Shown: one piece after another, positions 54,268 to 63,974 of the stretch | How the letters are laid out: each line of letters starts with the position of its first letter | How positions within the stretch are numbered: position 1 is the stretch's first letter | Origin: Syntrophales bacterium | GTDB taxonomy: Bacteria; Desulfobacterota; Syntrophia; Syntrophales; UBA2210 | Direction of reading: 5' to 3' | Assembly (NCBI GenBank): GCA_963666365.2 | Contig: CAXXNF010000002.1 | Location: forward strand, 544,001-608,000 | Length of the DNA: 64,000 bases | Program-made: the position numbers and the translations under genes | Notes under the pieces: generated by a model | Database searches by the model: none | What the model was told of the DNA's origin: nothing | Seen by the model: the letters and a program-made list of their open reading frames with translations, nothing else

Positions 54268-55659
54268 CTACAAATGAATCGCCCGGTTTTCTCCCGCCCG
54301 CGCCGTTTCCATCAGCATTTCGGAGAGGGTAGGGTGACCGTGCAGCATCTGTGCCATGTCCCTTAACTTCAGCCCTCCTGTTTTTGCCAGGAGCGCTTCA
54401 TGGACCAGTTCCGTCGCCTCGGCGCCGACAATGTGTGTGCCGAGGATTTCTTTCGTTTCTTTGTGGAAGATGAGTTTTACCATTCCTTCAACATTGTCGA
54501 GGGCAACGGCTTTTCCTGAAGATCTGTAGGGGAACACTGCCTTTCCGTAGGGTATGCTCTGTTCCGCTGCGTCCTTCTCTGTCATGCCGAATCCCCCTAC
54601 CTGGGGCTCGCAGTATATTCCGTAGGGGATTTCATCATGTTTGATTCGCGCTTCCGGCTGATGCCCGGCAATGTATTCAACGGCGGTTTCGCCTTCCTTT
54701 GATGCAACATGGGCGAGAAGGGGGGTATTAATCACGTCGCCGACGGCAAACACGGTGTCGACAGTGGTTTTGTAATAATCCCCCGTTTTTATGAACCCCT
54801 TTTCACATTCAACACCCAGGCGTTCAATGCCGATGTCTTCAATGTTGGGCGATCGTCCTACCGCGACGAGAATTTTTTCTGCGCTTAAGCGAGACAGGTT
54901 CCCCTTTCTCTCAAGGGTCACTTCACAGTGTCCGTTTTTGAATTGATAATCCACCATCTGTGCACTGACATAGGTTTCGATGTTGTGCTTCTTGAACACC
55001 CTTTGCAAAACCTTTGTTATTTCGGCATCACCCTGCGGAAAAAGACTGTCGAGCATTTCGACGATTGTCACATTGACCCCGAAAGAGTTTAAGATGTAAG
55101 CGCACTCAAGACCAATTGCTCCTGCACCCAGAATAATAATGCTTGTGGGGAGCGTTGTTAATTTGAGTATGCCCGTGGACGACAAAACACGCTCTTCGTC
55201 TATGGTGAGTCCCGGCAGGTCTTTCGGTCGTGATCCCGTGGCGATTATGATATTTTTTGCGGTGATTTCATCGGTATCGTCAATGATAATTTTGTTTGTT
55301 CCGCTAATTGTTGCCTTTCCCTGAATAAAATTTACCCTGTTCTTCTTCAGAAGAAACGACACGCCCTTCGAAAGCCTCTCTGCGGCCGTCCTCGATTTCT
55401 GATGCACCATCTCGTAATTGAACCCGGAGGTATCGGCCCTTACCCCCATGTGCTCAAGACCGGGCAACGAATTGTAAATTTGTGCCTGATTGATAAGCGC
55501 CTTAGTGGGGATGCACCCCCAGTTCAGGCACACGCCGCCCAGTTCGCTCTTTTCTATCACCGCTGCCGTGAGCCCGAGCTGGCGCGCCCTGATGGCGGCG
55601 ACATATCCGCCGGGTCCCGATCCGATGATTGCGATGTCGTAGTGATATTCCATTGACAT
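54268..55659 (-). CDS. lpdA: Dihydrolipoyl dehydrogenase
   Basis: GSGPGGY, GGVCLNWGCIPTK, ATGS, GAGAIGLE, HPTLSE. Confidence 0.95.
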   Translation of the reverse strand: MSMEYHYDIAIIGSGPGGYVAAIRARQLGLTAAVIEKSELGGVCLNWGCIPTKALINQAQIYNSLPGLEHMGVRADTSGFNYEMVHQKSRTAAERLSKGVSFLLKKNRVNFIQGKATISGTNKIIIDDTDEITAKNIIIATGSRPKDLPGLTIDEERVLSSTGILKLTTLPTSIIILGAGAIGLECAYILNSFGVNVTIVEMLDSLFPQGDAEITKVLQRVFKKHNIETYVSAQMVDYQFKNGHCEVTLERKGNLSRLSAEKILVAVGRSPNIEDIGIERLGVECEKGFIKTGDYYKTTVDTVFAVGDVINTPLLAHVASKEGETAVEYIAGHQPEARIKHDEIPYGIYCEPQVGGFGMTEKDAAEQSIPYGKAVFPYRSSGKAVALDNVEGMVKLIFHKETKEILGTHIVGAEATELVHEALLAKTGGLKLRDMAQMLHGHPTLSEMLMETARAGENRAIHL

Positions 55660-55730
55660 TCCTCTTCTTGCAATGATGTGCTGTAACAGTAGCGCATTTT
55701 TTATCCGCTCAGTCTTTGAGGAGTGATTGC

Positions 55731-55934
55731 CTAAATCCTCTTCTCTTTTACAAGCCGCGCGAAATGCTCAAAAGACCGGTCATAGGTCGCCTCGGCCTCC
55801 TCCGAAAAGCAGCACCCGGGCAGCTGCCGCATCTTCAGATGATAGCGGATACAATCGCAGCAGACCCCTTTTCGGGAACAGGGTTCGTAGGAACAATTGC
55901 AGAAATCCAGATTTGCTTCCTTTTTACAGTCCAT
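55731..55934 (-). CDS. Small Cys-rich protein (DUF6485-like)
   Basis: CNCSY..C.RKG.CC.C..YH...LPGC.F...TYDRS pattern; AAGGAG RBS. Confidence 0.75.
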   Translation of the reverse strand: MDCKKEANLDFCNCSYEPCSRKGVCCDCIRYHLKMRQLPGCCFSEEAEATYDRSFEHFARLVKEKRI

Positions 55935-55995
55935 ACTATTCTCCTTATGACGAAGGTACATAACAAGAATGCAGGACAGGGTCAAGGCCGGGGGT

Positions 55996-56051
55996 AATTC
56001 CAGGGACAGTATACTTAATTATTTGGAATTAAGTATACTGTCCCCGGAATT
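55996..56051. repeat. REP-like palindrome (25-bp arms, 6-nt loop)
   Basis: AATTCCAGGGACAGTATACTTAATT-ATTTGG-AATTAAGTATACTGTCCCCGGAATT, one mismatch. Confidence 0.85.
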
Positions 56052-56056
56052 GTGAA

Positions 56057-57934
56057 TTACAGGAATATGACCGCCCACAGAATGAGAACGGCCAGCAGCA
56101 GGCCGACGATGAGGCTCGCCAGTCCGAATGCGGAGGCGGCAAGTTTTGTTGCTATTCCAGGATGTTCCCGCTTCAGATCGGCCAGTTTGCCTTCGGATAG
56201 AAGCCTCTCGTAGTGTTCCCGCTTATCTTCGTACAGTTCGTGAAGGGTGATTCTTCCCGTGAAGATGGTTCTGTCCATGGGGAATTTTTTCGGAATCAGG
56301 TGGGTATTGAAAAAATGCACCGTAAATATGAACAGCGCCGCCAGCAGCGCTTCCTCTGAATGCAGAAGGGCGGCCACATTCAGAACCCAGCCGGGGAACA
56401 GGTAGGAGGTCCATTCCGGGACCATGAGAAATATTCCTGACCCTCCTATGACCACCATGCCCCAGAAGACGGCGAGAAAGTCGAATTTCTCCCAGTAGGT
56501 CCATCGGTCAAATTTCGGCTGGTCCCCCCGGTTGAAAAACCATTTGAACATCCCCTTCATATCCTGCCAGTCTTTTAGATTGAAAAAGAGAGATTCCCTG
56601 CTGAACAGGCGTGTCAACCACCCGCTCCTTCCTTTACCGTTCTTTCTGAACAGGTAGCGGACAGAGCGCACCAGAATGTAGAAAAAGAGGGCAAAGAGGA
56701 GTAGCGCGGCAACTCGATGAAAGATGCCCGCCATATGCACGCCGCCCCATATGTCAATGAGAATTCTCGCCCAGGGAGCCTCGTGGTATTTCAGGGGAAA
56801 TCCCGTCGCTACAAGGGTCAAGAAGGATATCACCAGGATAATGTGGACAACAATGTCTTTTGTGGAAAAACGTTCAATTGATTGCAGACTTTCACTGTCG
56901 GACATGGGAAGGTGCGGTGTAATTCCCATTTTTTCCATATAGTGTTTGTCCCAGTAGGTTTTGCGCCACCAGAGGAAGGCGTGTATCCAGAAAAAGAGGA
57001 ATGTTGCCGCCAGAAGTCCGATCATGAAGACATTTGTCCAGTATAACGAGGGATAGCGCTTCCGGTTGCTGAAATCGGGGTGTGCCTGGTAGGCAACAAA
57101 GCGGGGATGGAAGCCGCTGTGGCACTTCCCGCAGTTTTCCACCAGGTTGCCGGGGTGAATCGATGATTCCGGGTTGTCTTTCGGAAGAATGTTGTGCGAT
57201 GTGTGGCAGTCGGCACATCCTGCAACCCGTGTCGGATTTCCGATGTCCTGGACTTTGCCGTGATACGTCCTTTTATAGGCGGCAACCGTCAAAGTGGAAA
57301 GATCGTTCCGAATCATCATTTCCGGGTCGTTGTGGCAGCGAATGCATGTCCGGGTGTAAAATTCCCGTGCCTCGGCGGGATATTCCTGCTGGGACGTATG
57401 ATACACATGGGTGCTGTGAAGTCCATGACAATCGGAGCAGGTTGCCGCATCTTCGTTTCCCTTCGCGACGGCCATGCCATGACCTGAATGGGCGTATTCA
57501 TCGTTGGAATGACACTCGGTGCATTGGTGGAGCGTTGCCGATTTAATGGATGCCTTTCGGGGCTGCACGGCGTGGATATTGCGATGACAGTCATAGCACT
57601 GAAAATCCTGATGCAGATAGTGATAATTGTGTAGGTATTCTTTCGCAATTTCGTTATGGCAGCTTCCGCAGGCCACAAGGGTGGATCGCGTCGTACCCGT
57701 CATGTGTCTCTCGATATCGGTGATATCGCTATGACAACTGACACATCCCTGGGCGCCGTGCACCGAGGCGGGGTAGGCGGTTCGATACAGGTAATCATCA
57801 TGACAGGAGAGGCAATTGACGGAAGTCGTCGCACCGGGATTGGTGTCACTGCGCTGTGTCTTCACTGAAGCAGAGGCCTGAGTGAAAATGCAGACCAGGA
57901 TGACTGCCACTGCAGTGATGAGGGAATAACGCAT
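56057..57934 (-). CDS. CbcL-like protein: 9-heme cytochrome c domain fused to an FdnI/HydC-type cytochrome b domain
   Basis: Nine CxxCH, signal peptide, C-terminal TM domain with FDRWTYWEKFDFLAVFWG and LHSEEALLA..FIFTVHFFN. Confidence 0.88.
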   Translation of the reverse strand: MRYSLITAVAVILVCIFTQASASVKTQRSDTNPGATTSVNCLSCHDDYLYRTAYPASVHGAQGCVSCHSDITDIERHMTGTTRSTLVACGSCHNEIAKEYLHNYHYLHQDFQCYDCHRNIHAVQPRKASIKSATLHQCTECHSNDEYAHSGHGMAVAKGNEDAATCSDCHGLHSTHVYHTSQQEYPAEAREFYTRTCIRCHNDPEMMIRNDLSTLTVAAYKRTYHGKVQDIGNPTRVAGCADCHTSHNILPKDNPESSIHPGNLVENCGKCHSGFHPRFVAYQAHPDFSNRKRYPSLYWTNVFMIGLLAATFLFFWIHAFLWWRKTYWDKHYMEKMGITPHLPMSDSESLQSIERFSTKDIVVHIILVISFLTLVATGFPLKYHEAPWARILIDIWGGVHMAGIFHRVAALLLFALFFYILVRSVRYLFRKNGKGRSGWLTRLFSRESLFFNLKDWQDMKGMFKWFFNRGDQPKFDRWTYWEKFDFLAVFWGMVVIGGSGIFLMVPEWTSYLFPGWVLNVAALLHSEEALLAALFIFTVHFFNTHLIPKKFPMDRTIFTGRITLHELYEDKREHYERLLSEGKLADLKREHPGIATKLAASAFGLASLIVGLLLAVLILWAVIFL

Positions 57935-57967
57935 CGGTCCTCCGATCGTCAAGGTTCCGCCGTTCAT

Positions 57968-58729
57968 CTATTTTATCCTTTTCTTGAAGGATCGCCAGTC
58001 GCTCATTCCACCAAACAGGCGCTGTATGTCCACCAGACCCCGTTCATAAAGGTAGCATGCGGCAAGAAAAGACCGGTGCCCCTGTTCATCCACCACAATT
58101 ATTTTCTTGTCCATGGGCAGTTTCCGGTAGGTGGCTTCGAGTTCATCGAGAGGACGGTTGATTGCGCCGGGGATGTGGTCTTTTTCGAAAAGATCCCTGG
58201 ACCGGATGTCAAGGATCAGGATGTCCTTCTTTTCGTTGATCCAGCGGTTCATCACTTTCGGTTTTATCGATTCGATTCCCACCCGGGGAATACGCGTTTC
58301 GGATTCAACGCCATACCCGCCTTCCTTCCAAGCGGGCAGGCCGCCGTCTAGGATATACACGTTTTGATAGCCAAGCTCACGGGCCTTACGGGCTGCGTGC
58401 ATACTTCGATGACACCCGATACTTGCACAGTAGATAATGAGCGGTTGGTCCTGATTTTGTATCATCTCGGGCGCCCTTTTTTCGAATTCCGGGCAGGGAA
58501 TACAAAGAGAACCTGGTATGCGGTGATCCCCGCATTCAATGGCACTCATGGTGTTGATGAAAAGGAGATCGTCTGTTGCCTGCATCATCCGGTGCGCTTC
58601 AATCGCCGTGATCAGCGGAGGTGTCTCCTCCGCGGCGATTGAAATGCCGGTTGCGGCGAACATGAAACACCACAGCGCCATAACCGCCCGCACGAGCACC
58701 CACTTATTTTTTACCGTCGGTGATTTCAT
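57968..58729 (-). CDS. Exported two-domain rhodanese
   Basis: RIPGS, IIYCASIGCHRS, LDGGLPAW; the second domain (HIPGA, VVDEQGHRS) lacks the active Cys. Start uncertain. Confidence 0.88.
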   Translation of the reverse strand: MKSPTVKNKWVLVRAVMALWCFMFAATGISIAAEETPPLITAIEAHRMMQATDDLLFINTMSAIECGDHRIPGSLCIPCPEFEKRAPEMIQNQDQPLIIYCASIGCHRSMHAARKARELGYQNVYILDGGLPAWKEGGYGVESETRIPRVGIESIKPKVMNRWINEKKDILILDIRSRDLFEKDHIPGAINRPLDELEATYRKLPMDKKIIVVDEQGHRSFLAACYLYERGLVDIQRLFGGMSDWRSFKKRIK

Positions 58730-60728
58730 CGGGTATGGGCACCTCTCTAAAGCCCCACTGGTACATCTGCGGTTTCGCATTCGGTTCCCTGGGGGTCGGG
58801 TAGTCTTCGACCAGGAAACGCCCGGGATTTGTAACCAGCATCTTCGTGAAAAAGGTGGATGTATCGGAATGACAGTCGTAACATCCTTCCGGTTTCCCCT
58901 TCGATCCGTAAGTCTTTCCTATATCGATGGGCACAATATTATGATGAACGGGAAAATTATGCGGATGAGCTGCGAGATGATCCTCATAGGTTGCCACGGC
59001 GCCGTCCTTCAGTTCGTAGATTTTGTCGGATACGAAGACCACGTTGCGGAACCCCATCTTTGTCAGCGCTTCGATCATCGTCTTGATCGTGTCATCCGTT
59101 GCGATGGTGGGGCGTGTGACCGCCTTGCCGGTGATATCCTTTACCTTCGCAAGAGTGGCGGTATTGAGACTCTCGTAAGCCTTTTTTACGTACTTGAGGA
59201 TGATCGGCCGGATTGCCATATTGTCCATCTTTTCACCGAACCACTGGGCAACTTTCGGAACAACGGGGATGTACTGTTCTCCGAGGCCGTTTCGCGCATC
59301 GTATCGGGTAATCCATGGTGCCCAGGGCTCCGGTGTAAGAATACCGAAATCGTCGCTCCAGGTGATGGTTTCCAGGGTACCCGCCGTGTACCAGACCTGC
59401 TTTCCCATCGACATGTCAAGCAGATATCCCGACATGGCCGGTTGTCTCGTAGAATGGCAGTTGGCACAGCTGATCAGATCGAAATGGAACATGGCGTCGG
59501 GGAATTTTTCTTTGTGAGTCTTCGTTGGATTTTTCGCCTCTTCCGGCATGTCCGGCCGCGTCGCCTGATATTTTCCTTCCAGATGGCACGCCGCACAGGT
59601 TTTCATCCCCACGCCGTCGAGATCATCACGCACGCTGCCCATCGGATGCCAGCCCTTTGCTATCTGATGTTCCAGGCGCTCTTTCTCGGTTGTTCCCACC
59701 AGGCTGTGACAGTCGGTGCATTGGAGCCCCGCCTTGTAATGGGCGTCATATTCCGGTTTGTGGACCCATCCGACTTTCTTCGCATCAGGTCCTTTGTGAC
59801 ATTGCAGACAACTTTTCGTTTCAACCGCCTTCGATATCACAGTGCCACGGAATCGGCCTTCCCTGGTAAAGATATTCCGATCATCCCAGTTGTAGGTGAC
59901 GGTCGGCCGTTCCGAAAAATTCCAGGTGCCCCTGAGAAAATCCTTTGATCCCGGGCCGGCGTCATTATCGGCATACGTGAAAATTGCGCCTTTGATTTTT
60001 CCGAGAACGGCGCCTGCCGTGGCGGCCCACCGGTAATTTCTCTTGTTGAGCTGCTGATTGCGGGCCCCGAAGCTGTACTCTTTCATGTGGCAGAGGAGGC
60101 AATCGGCTTCTACGACGCCGCTCTCCTTGAAATGACTCCTGCCGTCAGGGGTGAGATTTGACGTATAGTCTCCGTCAAGAGGATTTACGTTACGGCGCTC
60201 ACCTTCGATGAGATTCATGGAATAATCGGGGGCGCCGTCCCATTTTCTGCCGTATTCCATGGATGCGCCTCCGGGATGACACCATCCGCAGGAGGTTGAT
60301 TTTATTTTTTTTGCAGGATTTAATTTCCCGTAGCCACCGATCCAATCGTAGGCGGACAGGTCAATTTGCTTCGGATCATCGTTGTTTTTGCGGGCAACAC
60401 GGCCTGACCTGGTTGCAGGGGGTCACCACTTGCCGTACATGCCCGGCGATAACAGCCAGGGCTGCCTCGGGTTATACGTGTCGCTCATCTCCATGAAGCC
60501 CTGCTGGAAATGAAACCCCGAGGAAATAGTTGAGTAGGGATGACATCCGCCGCATGTCCTGCGAGGACTGTAGGGATCACCCTGATTCCTGTCCTGCGTG
60601 ATCTGTTCTCCCCGCTCGTTTTTCAATTTTACATCACGGTGAATTTCGGTTTTTGCGGATACTGAAGAATAGATAAAAACAATGGAAAAAACTGCGGCAG
60701 CTACTACAGACACCAACTTAGGTTTCAT
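58704..60728 (-). CDS. Octaheme cytochrome c with in-frame UGA at 60425-60423 (probable selenocysteine)
   Basis: ORFs 60423-60749 and 58704-60260 share a frame. The linker is open and reads GMYGKW-U-PPATRSG...CGWCHPGG. 674 aa, signal peptide, eight CxxCH, AGGAGG RBS. Confidence 0.85.
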
Positions 60729-60854
60729 GAAGGCCTCCTGTCGGCACATTCAAGTTTAATCATTGGAGTAAGTAACCACATGCATCGGTAAGGCATTGTC
60801 AGTAGCCTCCAGTATACTGATTTCATGAGTTAGGTCAACGAAAATGAAATAGAA

Positions 60855-60883
60855 AAAGGGAAAGGGAAAGGGAAAGGGAAAGG
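60855..60883. repeat. (GGGAAA)n hexamer tandem repeat in a terminator-like hairpin
   Basis: AAAGGGAAAGGGAAAGGGAAAGGGAAAGG. On the minus strand it forms the 3' arm and tail of AGGGATGGGCT-TC-AGCCTTTCCCT. Confidence 0.75.
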
Positions 60884-60927
60884 CTGAAGCCCATCCCTGG
60901 ACACACTATCGCATCCCTCACAATGAG

Positions 60928-62268
60928 TTAGCGCGGGGCGCCCCCGGAATCCGCAATGTGCCTGCTGATGCCTCGTACTGTCTCCATGGCTGCAGTGATG
61001 TCGATGGTGCGAATAGTGCGATCTTTCATGATCACTTTCCCGTCGATGATTACCGTGGAGACATCCGATCCCGATGCCGCATAGACGACCTGCGAATAGG
61101 GGTTGTAGAGGGGCGTTAGATGGGGCTGATTCAGGTCGAGAAGGATGATGTCGGCCTTCTTCCCCGTTTCGATTGATCCGACGATGGGCTCAAGACCAAG
61201 CACCTTCGCTCCTCCTACGGTGGCCATTTCCACGACGGTTTGTGCATCCATCACCGTGGGATCAAGGGCTGCCACCTTGTGAAGCCTAGCCGCGGCGCCC
61301 ATCTCCCGTATAAGATCGAGATCGTTGTTGCTTGCACATCCATCGGTGCCCAGCCCCACCGTGATGCCCTGTGTAAGCATTTCAGGAATTGCTGCAATGC
61401 CGGCAGCAAGCTTCATTGAGCTTTCCGGATTGTGAGAGACTTTTGTGTCATGATCGGCCATAATGGACACTTCTTCCTCGTCAAGCCAGTTGCAATGTAC
61501 GGCCACCGTGTGTTCGTCCAGAACGCCCAGTGTATAAAGGTGGCGAAGCGGCGTGTTTCCGTAGCGTTCCTTAATATCGCTCACTTCTTCCTGCGTTTCC
61601 GAAAGGTGGGTCATAAAGAGCGTATTGGACCGGCGTGCGACTTCCTTGATGTCCTGATATGTGGCAGGTGAACAGGTATAGGGCGCGTGGCAAAAGAGGG
61701 CAGGGGTGATAAGGGGCGATGCTGCCCGCCAGCGGTCGATAAAGGCTTGAGCGACCTCCATATTTTTACTCGGATCAGGATTCCCCGGCGCCGGAAAATC
61801 GGTAAATCCCGCGCAGACCACACCGCGCATTCCCGATTCGACGGCTGCGTGAGCGATGCTTCCGGGGTAGAAATAGGCGTCGCAAAACGTTGTTGTTCCC
61901 GAAAGGATCATTTCGGCGATGGCAAGCCGGGCGCCGGCACGGCAGAAATCCCTGTTCACAAATGCGGCCTCGGCGGGGAAAATATGATTTGTAAGCCACT
62001 CGGTGAGGGGCAGATCATCAGCAAGTCCCCGAAAGCAGATCATTGGAAGATGCGTGTGGGTGTTGACAAGACCCGGCATCACAAGCGATCCGCGGGCGTC
62101 GATCGTCTCCTTGGCTGTGGCAGCGGTGCGGTGGGCGTTGGCGCCGCCCACAAAGACAATCCTGCCGTCTCGAATGCCGACATCGCCGTTTTCTATGATG
62201 TCTCTGTCATTTGAAATTGTGAGAATCAGGCCTCCGTGGATCAGAATGTCAAGTGCAGTTTCCTCCAT
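60928..62268 (-). CDS. Amidohydrolase, MTA/SAH deaminase (MtaD)-like
   Basis: PGLVNTHTH, RGLADD, HAPYTC, HLSET, HNPESSMKLA, GTDGCASNN. Confidence 0.88.
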   Translation of the reverse strand: MEETALDILIHGGLILTISNDRDIIENGDVGIRDGRIVFVGGANAHRTAATAKETIDARGSLVMPGLVNTHTHLPMICFRGLADDLPLTEWLTNHIFPAEAAFVNRDFCRAGARLAIAEMILSGTTTFCDAYFYPGSIAHAAVESGMRGVVCAGFTDFPAPGNPDPSKNMEVAQAFIDRWRAASPLITPALFCHAPYTCSPATYQDIKEVARRSNTLFMTHLSETQEEVSDIKERYGNTPLRHLYTLGVLDEHTVAVHCNWLDEEEVSIMADHDTKVSHNPESSMKLAAGIAAIPEMLTQGITVGLGTDGCASNNDLDLIREMGAAARLHKVAALDPTVMDAQTVVEMATVGGAKVLGLEPIVGSIETGKKADIILLDLNQPHLTPLYNPYSQVVYAASGSDVSTVIIDGKVIMKDRTIRTIDITAAMETVRGISRHIADSGGAPR

Positions 62269-62277
62269 GCCGGCCCA

Positions 62278-63600
62278 TTACTCCATGTTTTTTTTGATCC
62301 GGTCCGCGATCTTTCTGACACGGCTCATGCAGAGCGTTTCGTCGATGGTGAGAAGCGCCCGCTTTTCCATCACAAGTGTTCCGTTAATGATGACGGTGTC
62401 GACATCGCTTCCGTTCACGGCGTAGACCAGATGAGAATATTCATTATACATGGGGGTGAGGTGTGGTTTATTGCAGTCGATTATAATCACATCAGCCTTT
62501 TTGCCGGTCTCCAGAGATCCCACGAGGTTCTCCATACCAAGCACCTTGGCCCCGTTGCAGGTGGCCATGCGGGTGACTGTTGCGGCGGACATGACAGTAG
62601 GATCGAAGCGCACCACTTTTTCAAGCTTGGCCGCTGTATCCATTTCCTGAAACATGTCGAGGTTGTTGTTGCTGGCGCAGCCGTCGGTACCCAGTCCCAC
62701 GCAAATGCCGTGATCCAGCATACTCGAGATCGGTGCAACACCGGAGGCAAGCTTCATGTTACTTTCCGGGTTGTGAACTACTTTGCACCCGTGATCTGCA
62801 AATATGCGGATATCTTCCTCATCCATGGTCACGCAGTGAAACGCAAAAAACCGCTCATCGAGAAGCCCGAGTTCTTCGAGAAATCGCGTGGCCCGTTTCC
62901 CCAGCTTCTCGTTGAGCTGCAGCAGTTCCCCCTTGTTTTCCAGGAGATGCGTCGCCAGAGGCGCCTGATACTCGTCAGCCAGGATTTTTGATTTTTTCAA
63001 GAGATCACTGGAGCAGGTATAGAGCGCATGCGGTTCAACCACGATATTCACCAGAGGATCATCGGCCCACTTTTCAAAGAGCATCCGTGTGTAACGAAGT
63101 CCCTCCTCCGGCGACTTGATGTTGGGCGAGGGAAAGTCGAAGAAGACCTCTCCCAGAAGGCAGCGCATACCGGCCTCATGGGCGGCGCGGGCCGTTTCGT
63201 CCTCAAAGATATACATGTCGCAAAAAGTGGTGGTTCCCGATTTTATCATTTCGGCGCAGGCAAGCAGGCTTCCCCAGTAGGCCAGTTCAGGATCAACGTT
63301 TTTTGATTCGGCGGGGAATATATAATTATTAAGCCAGTCCATCAGTTCCATGTCATCGGCAATTCCTCGAAAGCAGGTCATCGCAGCATGGGTGTGCGCA
63401 TTGATGAGACCGGGCATGACCAGACATCCCGAGGCATCAATAATTCTTTTTGCATGACTATTGTTCAGGAGTTCGCTCGATTTTCCTAACGCGACTATTT
63501 CATCACCCTTGATGGCAAGCGCACCCTCAGGTATTCGAGTATCACTTTTGTCAACCGTGAGAATTGTTCCGTTTGTTATGAGTATATCCGCTTCGATCAT
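62278..63600 (-). CDS. Amidohydrolase, MTA/SAH deaminase (MtaD)-like
   Basis: PGLINAHTH, RGIADD, DMY, HALYTC, HLLEN, HNPESNMKLASG, GTDGCASNN. Confidence 0.88.
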   Translation of the reverse strand: MIEADILITNGTILTVDKSDTRIPEGALAIKGDEIVALGKSSELLNNSHAKRIIDASGCLVMPGLINAHTHAAMTCFRGIADDMELMDWLNNYIFPAESKNVDPELAYWGSLLACAEMIKSGTTTFCDMYIFEDETARAAHEAGMRCLLGEVFFDFPSPNIKSPEEGLRYTRMLFEKWADDPLVNIVVEPHALYTCSSDLLKKSKILADEYQAPLATHLLENKGELLQLNEKLGKRATRFLEELGLLDERFFAFHCVTMDEEDIRIFADHGCKVVHNPESNMKLASGVAPISSMLDHGICVGLGTDGCASNNNLDMFQEMDTAAKLEKVVRFDPTVMSAATVTRMATCNGAKVLGMENLVGSLETGKKADVIIIDCNKPHLTPMYNEYSHLVYAVNGSDVDTVIINGTLVMEKRALLTIDETLCMSRVRKIADRIKKNME

Positions 63601-63974
63601 TCCTTTTCCCTCAAAGAGCCTCGTTAATATGAGAAACGCTCTTTATTGTGATCGTCAACAACAGGGGCAGCGTAAGCACCATAAAACAAGCAATGATCCT
63701 TACCATACCATCCACTGCATCATCAAGAACTTATAGGGTGCAAGGTCACTTTTTCCCGTTCATTAAAAGAGCGAACGGGGGTACCATTCCCGGCGCCAAA
63801 GAATTGATGCGCGGAGCGTACGCTGTGCCGTCAACCCTTTTGCCCTTGCCATTTATGGAGGAATTCGCTATATCACGTGAAACTGTCTTCCGCAAAGACA
63901 AACGACACGTTCACTACATGCACCTGTTGTATGCCTGAAAAATAAGGAACGACAGAGTGTACCTGCGTAAAAAA

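Noticed and set aside
58539..59948. Long antisense ORFs such as 58539-59948(+), 16997-18205(-), 31226-32326(-), 36563-37513(+)
   Set aside because: They lie opposite well-supported genes and show no recognisable motifs.
63648..63938. 96-aa ORF before tRNA-Leu
   Set aside because: No RBS or motif; it occupies the divergent promoter region.
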